Under the pieces are notes generated by a model. It ran no database searches. It had not been told where the DNA came from and was given only the letters and a program-made list of their open reading frames with translations. A program made the position numbers and the translations under genes. A stretch of 62,172 bases of DNA, taken from contig MNCI01000920.1 in assembly GCA_015680685.1 (NCBI GenBank), positions 532,443-594,614 of the forward strand, given 5' to 3'. Position 1 is the stretch's first letter. Each line of letters begins with the position of its first letter. Below, piece after piece: positions 13,160 through 25,419 of this stretch. The DNA is from Gnetum montanum. Taxonomy: Eukaryota > Plantae > Gnetophyta.

Positions 13160-13177
13160 CACGTGGAGATATATAAA
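13160..13177 (+). promoter_or_regulatory. Candidate promoter of antisense gene: G-box CACGTG plus TATATAAA
   Basis: gccacgtggagatatataaaac about 490 bp upstream of the predicted first coding exon; a second CACGTG at 13034-13039. Confidence 0.45.
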
Positions 13178-13409
13178 ACATGACGTTGCAAGCATAAACT
13201 TCAACGTAAACCTCAAAATCTCGGCATGCACCCAAAGCTCAGTGTGAATCTACGCTTGGTGTTAAATTGATCATAGTGTACACAGAGGCGAATATCTAGT
13301 GGTATAGACAGGGACAGGCATAGATATAGTGCAGAGGTGGTGGCAAGGGTGGCACAGGTCAGAGTGCGACGAGCCCAATGAGAGAGTTGATCGTGTACGC
13401 GCCGAGAGC

Positions 13410-13590
13410 CTTTAGCGTGCAGAGGGTTGAAACTCTTTTAGCATGCGGGGAGGACAAAACCCTGAGTGTGAACGTAGCATTTAGCATGAATGCAGGGTTG
13501 AAACCCTAGCATGCAAGGCTCAACATGAACACAGGGTTCAAACCCCAGCGTAGAGGGTTCAGCGTGAACACAGGGTTTAGCGTGCAGGGA
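13410..13590. repeat. Degenerate agcgtg / agggttgaaaccct repeats
   Basis: Units agcgtg(c/a)...agggtt(g/c)aaaccc; agggtt-gaaaccct is self-complementary; agcgtg word shared with the 5' UTR array. Confidence 0.6.
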
Positions 13591-13664
13591 TGGGCAATGG
13601 TAAGCATGTGCAAGGCTAGGGAAGGAAGGAGCCTAGCTTGACCTTTACGGAGGAAAGTGAGGCG

Positions 13665-16600
13665 ATGCTCCGATGCCTGCCTAAACCCATAATCCCCTCA
13701 TGGTCAGGATCATCGTGTCGGTAGGCTCTGATCCTTTGTCAAAAATTTTATTTTTTGCCTACTATTCATGTTGATTTTCCCCATTGCATAGCGTAAATGT
13801 TTCCATAGTGTAAATGTTTCTATAGCGTAAATTTTTTTGTAGCATGAATGTTTCTGTAGCATGAATGATGGGGCAAAAACACTCAGCATGTGGGGTTTGT
13901 GTACCCATGTTCCAGCATGCAACGTGTAGGGTCTGCATGCTGAGTTTTCTAGTGTGCAGGGTCTGCACGTTGAGCATGAACCTAGGAATTTTTCTAAGTG
14001 TTGACCCCCAGTGTAAAACCTTATTTTTTCATAGCTTATTAACCCTAGTTCTTGAATACATGTAGGGATCCCAAACCTTTCCTCCTGGTGGTGGAGCTTG
14101 TTGGAGTTTTGACATGGTTTGGTCTGATTGATTTTGATGAACCAATTCCTGATATGACCATTGATCACAATGGGGTATGGTTTAGAGAAGGGGCCTGCGA
14201 ATTCCTTGCCTTTATCGTAGACAAATTCAACCTGGTAATATGGTCGCATCTAAGTGAACAATTAGTGCTGAGCGTGCTTGAGACTATGTTACCTGGGTCT
14301 TCAAATGGCATTGTGGCTTTCATGGTGGACATCGATGAGGGATTGCTTACAATTGAGGATGGTCCCTCTAGAGGACCTAGATCTACCCATCCACTATCAT
14401 GTGTATGGGACTTACTGTCAGATGGCCTTCACCACATCAATAGTACTCTATTCCTGGCCGTTTGTGCGCACACCTTATTCCAGAATCCTCCTGGAACGAT
14501 GTACCGAGTAGATAGGTAAGGTTGTTTAATTTACTGTTTCTATTCTAATGCTTAGTGGTTCAGGTTTTGACTGTATTTCCTTTGCAGGCCCCAATTTGAC
14601 AAAGAAGAAGTATGCATAGGTGACAATGGGCTTGCATTGGCTCATACCACCTTAGAGACTTTCATGGTGGATCCCACTCTCTGTGGTGCCATGTTAGCCC
14701 AAACTAAGGGTGACATTGTTCATTTTCACAAATGATACTCCAAGGTGTTCGCACAACGTGAGGCTCGAGGGTGACTGCATGGGGATTGGTCCCGTAGTGG
14801 GCCAGTTTTCCCATGTGATGTTGATTTGATTTCTAATGACCTTAATCCATTATTTGATGATAAGTAATGGTATTTTTGAGGCTTAACATTTGCTTGCTAT
14901 ATCATTGGTTATATTAACTCCATAGCGTTACCTTATGCATACAGTGGGTGTTCCACTGGGCGGAGTCACCATCACAATAGGGCAGACTGAGAGCACCTTA
15001 GCCATGAAATTTGGAGAGATCAATGATGCACAACGATGGCTGCATGATAAGGCACTGCCACATATCATCAGTTGTCTGTGTGATGCTAGCCTCATGGAGT
15101 TATTTACAGCCCCAAGTCCTGATGTCTCTGTGACCAAGATGATTGTGATCGTTGATTCTTTCAACGAATCAACTACTTACTATAGTACTCACATCAAGGG
15201 AATCAAAGTGGCCTTCCATCTTTTGGCAGAGTTCTTTTCAGACTTCTTCGGTGTACCAACAACTGGGACTAAAGTGATTTTGGATAGAACACAGAAGGAG
15301 ATCCATGTGGTTCATGAATTGGAGGACTAGTTGGGTGTTCTTAAAGGCTCTAAGGGGTTCCCTATGCAGGGAAAATCAAAAGTGACTGAAGTAAATGAGT
15401 TGTACCATCTCTTTAGAGCACGAGTGTTTTCAAAGTTACTATCCCAAGTGAGGACTTTTGGGGTAGAATCTGTGCGCATCATGTGCACGATTCTGGAGAC
15501 TAGGGTACATTATAATTGGACCGAGTTTTTACTTATAGGTTTCCACGGGGAGATAGTAAGGTTACGTTTGAACATTGAGGCGCAATCCCATTTCACCTTT
15601 GCGTTCTTCGCCAGTTATTTGTGCTGGCTGGCTAAATTTCTAGTTCTTCACGTGGACAACAAGTACATGTTAAGGGAACATGGACAACTGTCTCGCCCAT
15701 GGATTCGCCACTTATTTGAGGTGACAAAGTCCCAAGATGCTCCTGAGGGAATTGACGAATCGATTTCTATTACAATGGAGGGATCATCTGGCCATTCAAT
15801 TCATACACGTGATAGTGTAGGGTTGGAACTAGGTGAAGTGCCCTATACTACTAGGAGAGCTGACCGAGTAATCAAGGAAATAATTGAGAAGGGAAAATCC
15901 AAGGTTTAACAACCTAAGCGCTCTAGGGAGGTGGCCCGAGCCGTAGATGAACCTAAGGTGAAATGCATACAGTTTAAAATGCCAGTCTGGGGTAAGTAAG
16001 CCTAGTTCACTTGTTTATCCTTTTTTTATTATCATTATTATTATTTTTATTTTATTTGATTTTTTCAGCCATTTATACGAAGCTATCTTACTCCTGAATG
16101 TCATTTATTCAATGCTGCTCCTATAAATGTCATCAGAGCCAACTCCCGAAGTAAAAAAGGAGGTATTGACGCTGATTGCCGAGGAGGAGGAAGTACCAAA
16201 GAATTTGGATGAGGAGTACGAAGCAGGCAATGACGAGATGGAAGTCCCTGCCCCTCTAAGGGAAGAAGTAAAAGAGCGGGAGGGAGACACCATAGAAAAG
16301 GGTCACATTGATATTCAGGGTGAAGTCGATGAGATGTTTGACGGGTTTCTTCGGAGGAAGGTTAGACCTTGGTGATCCCCCGAATTCAGAAGAGAACAGA
16401 GATTTCAGTATGTTCTTCTTATTATGTTTATTTGGCTCTTGAATTGTTCTTTCTATTATTCAAAGTTTTAATTTTATGTTCCTGCTACTACTAGGCAAAA
16501 ATGTTGAAGCTAGGACGAATCCTAATGTCTGTTTGGAAATACCTATGATGAAGACTCCTATGGAAACAACCGCCGAATTTGACTCGTCTCCTACACATGA

Positions 16601-17766
16601 ATCATTTACTTGGATCAAAATGCCAAGTAAAATGGATTTTTTCCTTGGTATCGTTGATGAGGTAGTCGATTGCATCTGGCAAACTCATCCTAAAATAGGT
16701 ACATATGTCTTAAGCATTTTGAGTCCTTCAATATTCACATTTGTTTCCACCGTCCGATGTCTAATGCATGTTCTTCTCACGTGGATAGGGACTAAGCTGA
16801 AGTGGGATCCATCTGAGGCCACTTGCATTGACAGCCTGCCTACATTACCGCCAAAGATTGAGCAAGTGCCAAGACAGATCTATGATGAGGTGGTAGAATG
16901 TGTTGTGCAAAATGCCAAGTCTCTTTGGACTTGTAGGCGTTCCATCGAGAAACTATGGTTGCAAATTCAGATGGGGGAAAAGGATACTGCCAGGCTAACG
17001 GTAGAACGAGATGATTTTAAATCGCGCTATGAGTTTTCCTTGGCGAGGTTGATAGGTGATCATTCTTGGCGAACCTCTGAGATTACTTATACTAGGTATT
17101 GGAATTTATTGAATTGCCAAGTAACTATGATTCAGGAGCTAGCTGAATGGAAGGCGCAAATTGATTTGCTGAATCTCAAATGTCAGGATTGGAAGGCTTT
17201 TGCATCTAAGGTATGGAAATGGGGTCAAGATGAAAAGATGCATAAGTATCATTATAAAAAATCATTGAAGGAACAATCAATAGAGAAGCGTCAACTGGAG
17301 ATGTTTGTAGATGGTTTAGGCTTACGATCTTCATTTGACGCGTTTGCTAAGAACACTGTGGTAGAGATGGAGTCTCCCAAGAGGGTTATTAGTACTACTT
17401 CTGGGAAGGTTTTTGTGGGTGAGTTTCCTCTTAAACATCCCACTTGGTCCGCGGTGAACAAGGGGAAGGCCTTAGCCGACGTTGATCTGGGTCTTGATGG
17501 AACCGACTGGGAAAGTGTCCCTGAAGAGGAAATCCTTTGTCAGCTAGAGTTTGGTCTACAAGGGTCTTCTTTGGTAAGTCATTTAGACTCATCAATTTTG
17601 TTTATTATTTTCTAGCAAAAAATGTCATCTTCCTTTGTTAATTATTTTCTTTTACCTTTTACAGAGTCACGACGATGACGGTGGCTAGGAAGGTGGCCCT
17701 AGTGGGGTGGGGCAAGATGATGCGGAGGAGCCTGAAGATCAAGCTCCTCCTGGATTTGATGCCTAG
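13665..17766 (+). pseudogene. Multi-exon antisense accessory gene inside element B: FCP1/SCP(NIF)-like HAD domain, transposon-protein-like domain, acidic region, coiled coil
   Basis: Phase-compatible GT-AG introns at 13721-14065, 14516-14587, 15992-16136, 16699-16788 and 17574-17664. Two more near 14864-14925 and 16408-16494 have unresolved phase. ORFs 14052, 14935, 15331, 16127 and 16476 belong to it. Internal stops are TAG/TAA/TGA, compatible with transitions. Ends ...APPGFDA*. Confidence 0.75.
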
Positions 17767-18197
17767 TTTCTATTTGATGTTTTTATTGTTAAAATGATTA
17801 TGTGTATAATCTATGTATTATGTGGAGACATTGTGCTAAGTTGTAATTTGACTTTGATACATTTATACAATTTTTTAGTTGAGTTTTCTATTATTCATTT
17901 TTTTGTTTGAATTTGCGTTTGTTTGAACATTGATAAGCGTAGATTTGAAGTGAAAATCCTTTTGTTCTTTTGGATGTTTAAATGTAAACACGATGCGACA
18001 GTGTAAAATGTTTTGTTTATTTTGTCGTTTAAGTGTAATGCAAGAAGTAGGAATGCATGTAGGAATGTAATTGTAATTAAAGCATAATCATGTAAAAGGG
18101 GAATGCGAATGAAAACTGTAACTGATAATGTAACAATGTAGGCATAAATTCAAACAGTGAACTTGAATTGAGAGAAAACAAATGTAAGAAAATGCTC

Positions 18198-18545
18198 TAG
18201 TTTAAGGCCATTTCAAGCCATGTGCACGTGTGTGTCAGTTTAAAGTCATGATGAACTATAGTCTTGATGTTCTAGTTTAGGGCCATTTCAGGCCCCATGC
18301 ACTAGTTTAAGGCCATTTTGGGCCATGCACACGTGTCTATCAGTTTAAAGTCATGATGTACTGTAGTCTTGATGTTCTAGTTTAGGGCCATTTCGGGCCC
18401 CGTGCACTAGTTTAAGGCCATTTCGGGCCATGTGTAAATAAGAGAAGTTTCAAGTGATATTGGTGGATTTCTTGGTAAACCGGCCATTTTTGGCTGTGGC
18501 TAGTTTTATGTCATTGCAAACATGTGATAGTTTAATGTCATTTTG
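18198..18545. repeat. Tandem array, core ctagtttaaggccatttcgggcc, with ~105-bp higher-order duplication
   Basis: 18198-18300 is repeated at 18303-18405; same motif family as 12725-12900. Confidence 0.85.
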
Positions 18546-18563
18546 GACAATGGACGTGATTTA

Positions 18564-21500
18564 TTAGTTTAGTAATTTTTTTATTTTTCTTAATTTGATG
18601 TTAGGACTGACGCTGGTAGGTATGATTCTGTACTCAGCGTCCCCTTCACTGATCACGTTGAATAGTAATTCAGCCCAAGGGACGTCTAATGGAATCAGCT
18701 CTATGTTGGCATCTTCTAGTGCTTCTGTATGTTTAGTAGTTTCGATGTTTGTTGTAGTTTCTAGGTTAGGCAGTATGTGCAAAGTTTCAAGTTTGGGTGT
18801 TTCTATGCTAGGTGAAGTTTCTTTTGCATCTGATGGATCATTGTCTACTAGTTGCATGCAACTTTGTTTTTCCTTTGTGTCATCTTGTTTAGGTTCTTCA
18901 AACTTAACCTCCGAGCCTTAGTTTGTTTCTGTATGTGACAAGATGGTAGGTGTAGCAGCCTCCCCATGTATAACGATTTCACCACCTTCATAAGGCAGGT
19001 GGATCTCTTGGTGTATGGGGGAAGAGACTGCTTTGAGTTGGGCCAACCAAGGTCTTCCTAATATTAAATTAAACCCTGGCATTTTGTCGATGATAACAAA
19101 GTTAGCAGATGTGGGGAACTGATCCCCTACTATAAAGTCCAAAGTTATGGTGCCTTTTACTACTACGCGTGATCCACTAAACAATTTTAAATATGTAGTG
19201 GAGGTTGGTCTGATTAGTTCCATAAGCCCTAATTGTTCAATGATGGGATAGGGTACTACATTTGTGGCGGCTCCGTCATCTACATGCATTCGATGTATTT
19301 TGAATTGATTTACTTGTATTGTTATGAACATAGGTGCAGTTGTCACTTCTCCTATTTTCTCATCAATTTTGATGTTGTTAGTATGGAAGCCTAGTGATTT
19401 AGAAATCGACCCTTGAGGCGAATACATTACTGCATGAATGGAAAGTTCATTTGGAGGTAAGTCTTCATTTACTGGGATTGATGTCAACATACGTACTAGG
19501 GCTTCGCGATGAGTTTCAGAAGTTAACATCAGGTCATATAGGCTTAACGAAGTGTTTTTCTATTTAAGTGCCTACGTGGCCTGTGTTAGGGTTGTTGCTA
19601 AATCTTTACCGTTAGGTGCATGCTTGTTAGTGGTTACTTGGTCTATCGGGCCCAACAGTTTTATCTCATGTGTAGCTGGTTTGATGATGTCATCTGTAAC
19701 TATTGATTTAGATGTATCATTTGTTCCTAATGATTCTCCCTTATAGCTCATGTTTGGTTCATTATTAGGTGATGTCATGGGTACTATACTTAATGGGGTA
19801 GGCTTGGGGAATCCTAAGGCAAGATGTTGATGTTCTTTCTCCAATCTTTCTTGTGTGAGCCTGTCCGCCAGGCATTCTCGCGTGTGGTGTGGGGGAACAT
19901 TTGGTTTCTGAACATCAGGTTTCTTTAGAACCCGTATGACGTATGGAGTAGGATGGGGTTGCGATTGGAGGGTTGAAGGTGGTTGAGTGTCAAGCTGCTT
20001 GGGCATCCTAACAACATACGGGGTTGGTCTATTCTGCATTTGCAGAGTGGAATGTTGGTGATTATCAGGATGTTTGGGTATGCTGACAACATATGGAGTT
20101 GGTCTAGTTGGGGGCTATGCCTCCATAGTTGCAACCACGGGTGGCACCCAAACTACATAGGGAGCGGACCGGGTAAGAGGTTGCGTGTTTGAGGTTGTAG
20201 TGATAGGAGGTACACGCATTACGTATGGTTTGTCTTGTGGTGCTACAGTAGAGGCTGCCACTGCAGGGGGTATAGGGTCTTTGCAGGGCAGGTGGGTTAT
20301 ATGGAGGGTATGATGATTGAGGTGTGGGTGTTTGTGCAGTAGGAGGGATACGAACTACAAAGGGTCTCCTAGGTGTTTGCTGTTCATTATCTAAATAAAT
20401 GGTGTTAATCCTAGGTGCTTCTTGTTCGTTATCTATGTAGATAGTGTTAATTACGTATAGTGCTTCCTTAGTATTTAGTGGGTCTTTATATACGCCCATG
20501 GATTGGTTTTGGGGTTTGGACTCATTGAAAGTTATTTCACCCCTATCTATCATTTGTTGAATGTCTTATTTTAGGGCAAAAAAAAAATCGGTACCATGTC
20601 CATTATGTTGATGGTACTCGCAATACCTATCGAGTCTAAAGCCTTTTGGGATAGGAGGCTCGTTAGGTGTGGCCAAGCCTGGATTCTTAACCAATTCATA
20701 GAATTAATCATGTCTTTGAATAGCTACAGGAGACATATGCTTGTGTTTCATCATTCCATCCTTCAAAGTTGGTCAAATAGTTAAGAAGGTCTCGCAGGTA
20801 GTGGCGTGTATTGAGAGGGATCTTTCCTCTCAAAGTTTTGGGCATGACCTATTGTAGCAGTTTGTGATGTAGAAGGTTCGAGTGGAGTGGCAGGAGCTGG
20901 TCTAGTATAGTTAGTAGGGGTAGCAGGCAATTTGTCTTGTTGTCTCATGCTCGTTTGTTGTATTTCTGCTACTGCTACTATAGTTGTCTTGGCCTTTTCT
21001 TTGTCTTTCTTTTTATGTTGGTTTTTAAATGCTGAATAGGCTGGGTCATGATTATTTTGCATAGCTTCTTCAATATTCTTTATTTGTACAAATGCTTGGC
21101 TAAGAGTGTGTGCATTAAGATAGTATAGTTTGGACTTAAAAAAATCATTAATGGCCCCCTTTAGAATAGTGAGGAGGTAAGTCTCCAGGATTGGCTCATG
21201 GAGCTCATTGAGGGTAGCACTCCACCTTTGAATAAATTTTTGAACAGGTTCAAGCGATGCTTGCTTGACCTGTATGAGGCTATCAAGTGTTGCTTCAGGC
21301 TTCAAGTTATACTTGAACCTGGTAATGAACTGGTGTAATAAATCTTCCAAAGAGGCTATGGAGTTTCGGGGCAAAGCCTGATACCAGTCAAGTGCTTTCC
21401 CTGTGAGGGACATGGGGAACACTTGCAAGATGGCATGTGGCCATGCCTGAAGCAACACGCATGCTATTCTAAATGTTACAAGATGGGCATTGGGGTCTAT

Positions 21501-22810
21501 TTCCCCATTGTATTTGGTTAACGTGGGTAGGGAAACACCTTTAGGTAATGTTAGAGGTGGAATCGAAGAGCTGATAGGGTCATCTTGATAGAAATCTACT
21601 ATCTTAAGCTCTTCATCGGTAGCTGTTTTGAGGCACTTGACTTCATCAGTTAGCTCTTGCATCAGCTTTTTGGCTTTAGCCCAGTCTTGGATACTAGGCA
21701 AGATAGTAGATTGATTATGTTGTGTCATATACAAGTTAGATTGTTGCACGGTGGGCTGGAAAGAGGAGAGTTGAGTGATTGGAGGTTGCACTTGTGGAAT
21801 ATTCATGGTAGGTGCTACTAAGGGTAGCATACTATAAGGAAAGGGTTGTTGTTGTTGTTGTTTTTGTACTTGAGGGATGTTCATGGATGGAACTGTAGGA
21901 GGTGGTATGTTGTAGTGAGGGGATTGATGCAGTTGCATACCGGTCGTAGCCCACTACCCGATCATATTTTGTGGGGGAAAACCTTGAACTTGTTGAGTTG
22001 AAGTGGTGAAGGATGCTCCTTGAGTTTGAATCCATGGTATATAGTGCATGGATGTAGAAGCTGGTATCACATACGTCATCCCAATCACTTGAGGTGGGAA
22101 AGTTACTCCCACATTAGTTTGAGGGGGGTGTTGTTGGGGTTGTATTTGCAAGAAAGGGGATGACATGGTAACAGGAGGAATAGTGGTGATGGGTATATTG
22201 AATTGAGTATCGGTCACTGGGAGTGGGAACAAGAGTGAATGGTTCCTGTTGAGGCACATGTGCTTGAGTGGTTTTAAATGAATGGAAAGACATAGTATCC
22301 CCCATGAAGGGATGAAATAATGGGTTTGCGTAAGTGTGTGGACTAAGAGTATGGTATGAATCCTCGTGTTCGGACTGAACCGCAAAGTCATCCTCCTCCT
22401 GTAATTGAGGATTTGCCATAGACTAGTCTAAAGACTGATTCCTGGCTAGGAGGAGCTGTGAGATGAGTTCAAAGTAGTGCTTGGGGAGAGGGATGATGTC
22501 ATATGGAGAGGGGATAAACTCATGCCCTCCCTTATAAATCAACTCATATTGTTTCTTAGCTTCTAGTTCAGTTTGATCTATTGCCAAGCTAGCTTGTATC
22601 TTCACACATATAAAGTTATACTGTTCCTATGTTATGGTGTTGAATGATGGATTCTTCCCTTGCAGTCTAAGAGATCGGCAAGGTCCTCCCTGGGGATTAA
22701 CCTCATCGTTGGCCCCTATAGGTTGCATAATGGGTATCGGCATCGTTGTGGGGCCAACAGTATCCAGAATGGACTTGGTTGAAATGTTGGTGTTGGCGGT
22801 ATTCATGATG
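18564..22810 (-). pseudogene. gag-protease of element B (disrupted)
   Basis: ORFs 22627, 22423, 22114, 21954, 20781 (gag core LPTLTKYNG...KALDWYQALP), 19572 and 18918 (protease RMHVDDGAATNVV...FNLILGRPWL), plus tail 18564-18857. Confidence 0.92.
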
Positions 22811-23080
22811 AAAAGGTCGTAAATGTAACACGGTGGAAGGGATACAATGTTAGGGCATACAGGTAAGGATTTGGCCAAGTCTGAAATGGGTGTGCTTATC
22901 AGCGTACACCTAAGTTGGCAGCATGTGACATGTTTGCACAGCATATGGACTGGGTCCTAGTGTACAGGCTTCAATGACCAACGTACAAAAACTAGTCACA
23001 GTGTGTAAGCTGAGGTCACGGCGTGCAGACTGCAACTGTCAGTGTAAGGCCAGAGTGGCCAGCATGTTGCGAGTGGTGGA

Positions 23081-23370
23081 AGCGTGTAGACAAGGTCTAC
23101 AACATGCAGGTACGTTGGGCAACGTGTAGATAGGGTCTACAGCCTACAAGTACGTTGGGCAGTGTGTAGAAAGGGTCTACAATGTGCTGGTACATTGGGA
23201 AGTGTGTAGATAGGGTCTATAGCATGCACGTACGTTAGGCAGCATGTAGATAGGGTCTATAGCGTGCAAGTATGTTGGGCACCATGTAGACAGGGTCTAC
23301 AGCGTGTAGGTACATTAGGCAGCGTGTAGACAGGGTCTATAGCATGTAGGTACGTTAGGCAACGTGTGGA
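23081..23370. repeat. 40-bp tandem array (~7 copies) in 5' UTR of element B
   Basis: Unit agcgtgtagacagggtctacagcgtgtaggtacgttgggc starting at 23081, 23121, ... 23321; internal palindrome GTAGAC-agg-GTCTAC. Confidence 0.95.
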
Positions 23371-23519
23371 TGCTAAGAATGCTACAGAATAGGATGTAGA
23401 TTTGAGATGTACAAAATTAGATTTAATGTTGATGCAATGTAAATATGAGAAAACTAGGTGGTAGATCAGAGACACAGGGGGTGGGTGTATGAGATCAGAG
23501 TAGATTTAAATAGTTTCAG

Positions 23520-23537
23520 GCCCTCCTTCTAGCGCCA
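23520..23537 (-). promoter_or_regulatory. Primer-binding site, tRNA-Asn
   Basis: gccctccttctagcgcca, identical to 5430-5447. Confidence 0.85.
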
Positions 23538-23542
23538 TTTTC

Positions 23543-24909
23543 TATACTATCTGAAATCATCAGTGCCCGGCTGGAATAAAAAAAAGACACTGAGAGATCC
23601 ACAGACAGACACAAAAGACCCTACCTTTGCCTGAGGGTCAGTTGGAACTTACGAAGGTAGAGTACCTTGGGTGGTCCACACGCGGATCAGACAAGGATTT
23701 CCCCAAACATATGCTAATGTGCAATGCGCTAGGTTATATGTAAACGGTGTAACAAATGTAAACTAGAATGTAAACGTGCAAGGATGTAAACAAGAAGTAA
23801 ACAAGAACGAACAAAAACTGTAGCAAATCTTAGCCAAAAATGCAGCAATATTATCACATGATGAAAATTACAATGCACCGGTCTAAACGCAATTGTGGTT
23901 CTGGCACAAGGTGGATGAAGAGCCCCGATGGATGCGAAGGGATGATGGTATGCTGGTTTAGACTACAGGCACAATGTGGAGGCTGTATGCTTAGCATGCA
24001 GGGTCCAAGTCCAGCATACAGGATGAGTGTTTCGAATGTTCTCAGTGTGAGTTGCTCAAATTTTCTTCTTTCAATTCTCTAATTTTTCCAACCCCGACTT
24101 GGTCAAAAATCTAGGTTTTTGTACAAGTTTGGGCATTAAAATCAGATCTAAGATGGGATGATTGGCTATGGGATGCTAGAATTTCGAATCAGGTTACATG
24201 TGGAGCGTCGACTGAGTGCAATAGAATGAAATTTTACAAGTGTATAGCGTGAACCATGCTGGCATGTACATGCTGGGCGTATAGACTCCACATGCTGGAC
24301 AGCGTATGGGTAAGCACGAAGAATTTCTAACCAAATTTCAAACTATGAAGCTAGTTTTGAGAATGGATCTAGATGCTTGATGTCCTAAGGATGTTGCTTG
24401 CCGATTTTGGGCTCATTTGTCCTTGATTTGATAGGGTTTTAGGAGGCTCCAAAAGTGTATGTGCTGGGCGTGCAGGCCATCGTACAGGCATGAAAGTGCC
24501 AGTTTTCAAGGTCACAACTTGATTTTTGAGAGCCCAGGATGATGTATGATAGTTTTCCTACCTCTAGGAGTTGATTGCCTGTGAAAATCATGCTCTAAGT
24601 GTCTATTTTGGTCTACCTTTGAAGTCATACACTAGGCGTGCACGTTGGGCATACACGCTGGGTGTACATGCTGAGCATGCATGCTAGGTGTAGAAGATGC
24701 ATACTTAGTGAAAACCAAGTCTTTTGAGCTCAAGATTTTCCAGGTTTGATGTAGGATGTCTGTGGGTCCCAGGGGACCTTTTCCTGTTCAGTTCAACTCC
24801 GTTTGATGCTGTTTTTGAGGTTCGCAAGCTTCGGTCATGCCGGGGAGCATCATGACTTAGTTCGATTCTTGTTGGAGAAGTGCTAAACTCAGAATTTTGT
24901 AGTGTTTCA
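23543..24909 (-). repeat. 5' LTR of element B
   Basis: Starts tatactatc (mutated tgtactgtc) beside the PBS; ends ...ttttgtagtgtttca (TGAAACAC on minus), where composition shifts abruptly to AT-rich. Confidence 0.75.
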
Positions 24910-25419
24910 ATTATGTCTTTCTTATGAATAATTTTATAAGTAAATAGTTATTTATTATTCTAATACAACTAATATTACTTGATTTTACATGAATATGCAA
25001 AGAAAATACAATGTGCCTACCTTAGAAAACATGATTATTACATCACATATTAAAACTACGCTTACTCATTCTAAATCAAGATTAATTTCTAATTTCATCT
25101 ATCATTATTCATTAGCATAGCTACAAAAGATAGGAGAGTTTGTTTCATCCCTCATCCCTTATAACTAGTTAATTGATTGAAGTTTAATTATGTTTGTATA
25201 AATCCAAAAGATCTATTTGACAAATTAGTTTGTACAAAATACATGAGCAGCAATAAATGAAACACTAATATTAATTATTATAACATCATATAAATATCTA
25301 ATAGAAATGTTACAAACCCTAATGATTTAGATTTAGCCTAGATCTCACTAACTAGTAAAAAGAGTCATTTAACTAATAAAAATAGTCATTTACGAGCATA
25401 ATAAAAATAAAATAACATG

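Larger units (their letters stand above)
8800..24909 (-). mobile_element. Ty3/gypsy Tat/Ogre-like LTR retrotransposon B with split gag-pro / pol and nested antisense gene; 3' LTR missing
   Basis: 5' LTR 23543-24909, PBS-Asn, 5' UTR array, gag-PROT 18564-22810, 6-kb spacer, RT-RH-aRH-INT 9143-12607, 3' UTR repeats 8800-9125. Confidence 0.85.

Noticed and set aside
16699-16788. Hydrophobic segment suggesting an env-like TM helix
   Set aside because: Coincides with an in-frame 90-nt GT-AG intron.
19260-19290. DDG protease triad as an inactivating mutation
   Set aside because: Shared by elements A and B; variant DxG triads are common in Tat/Ogre.
23081-23370. CRISPR-like array
   Set aside because: No unique spacers; a plain tandem repeat in a eukaryotic TE.
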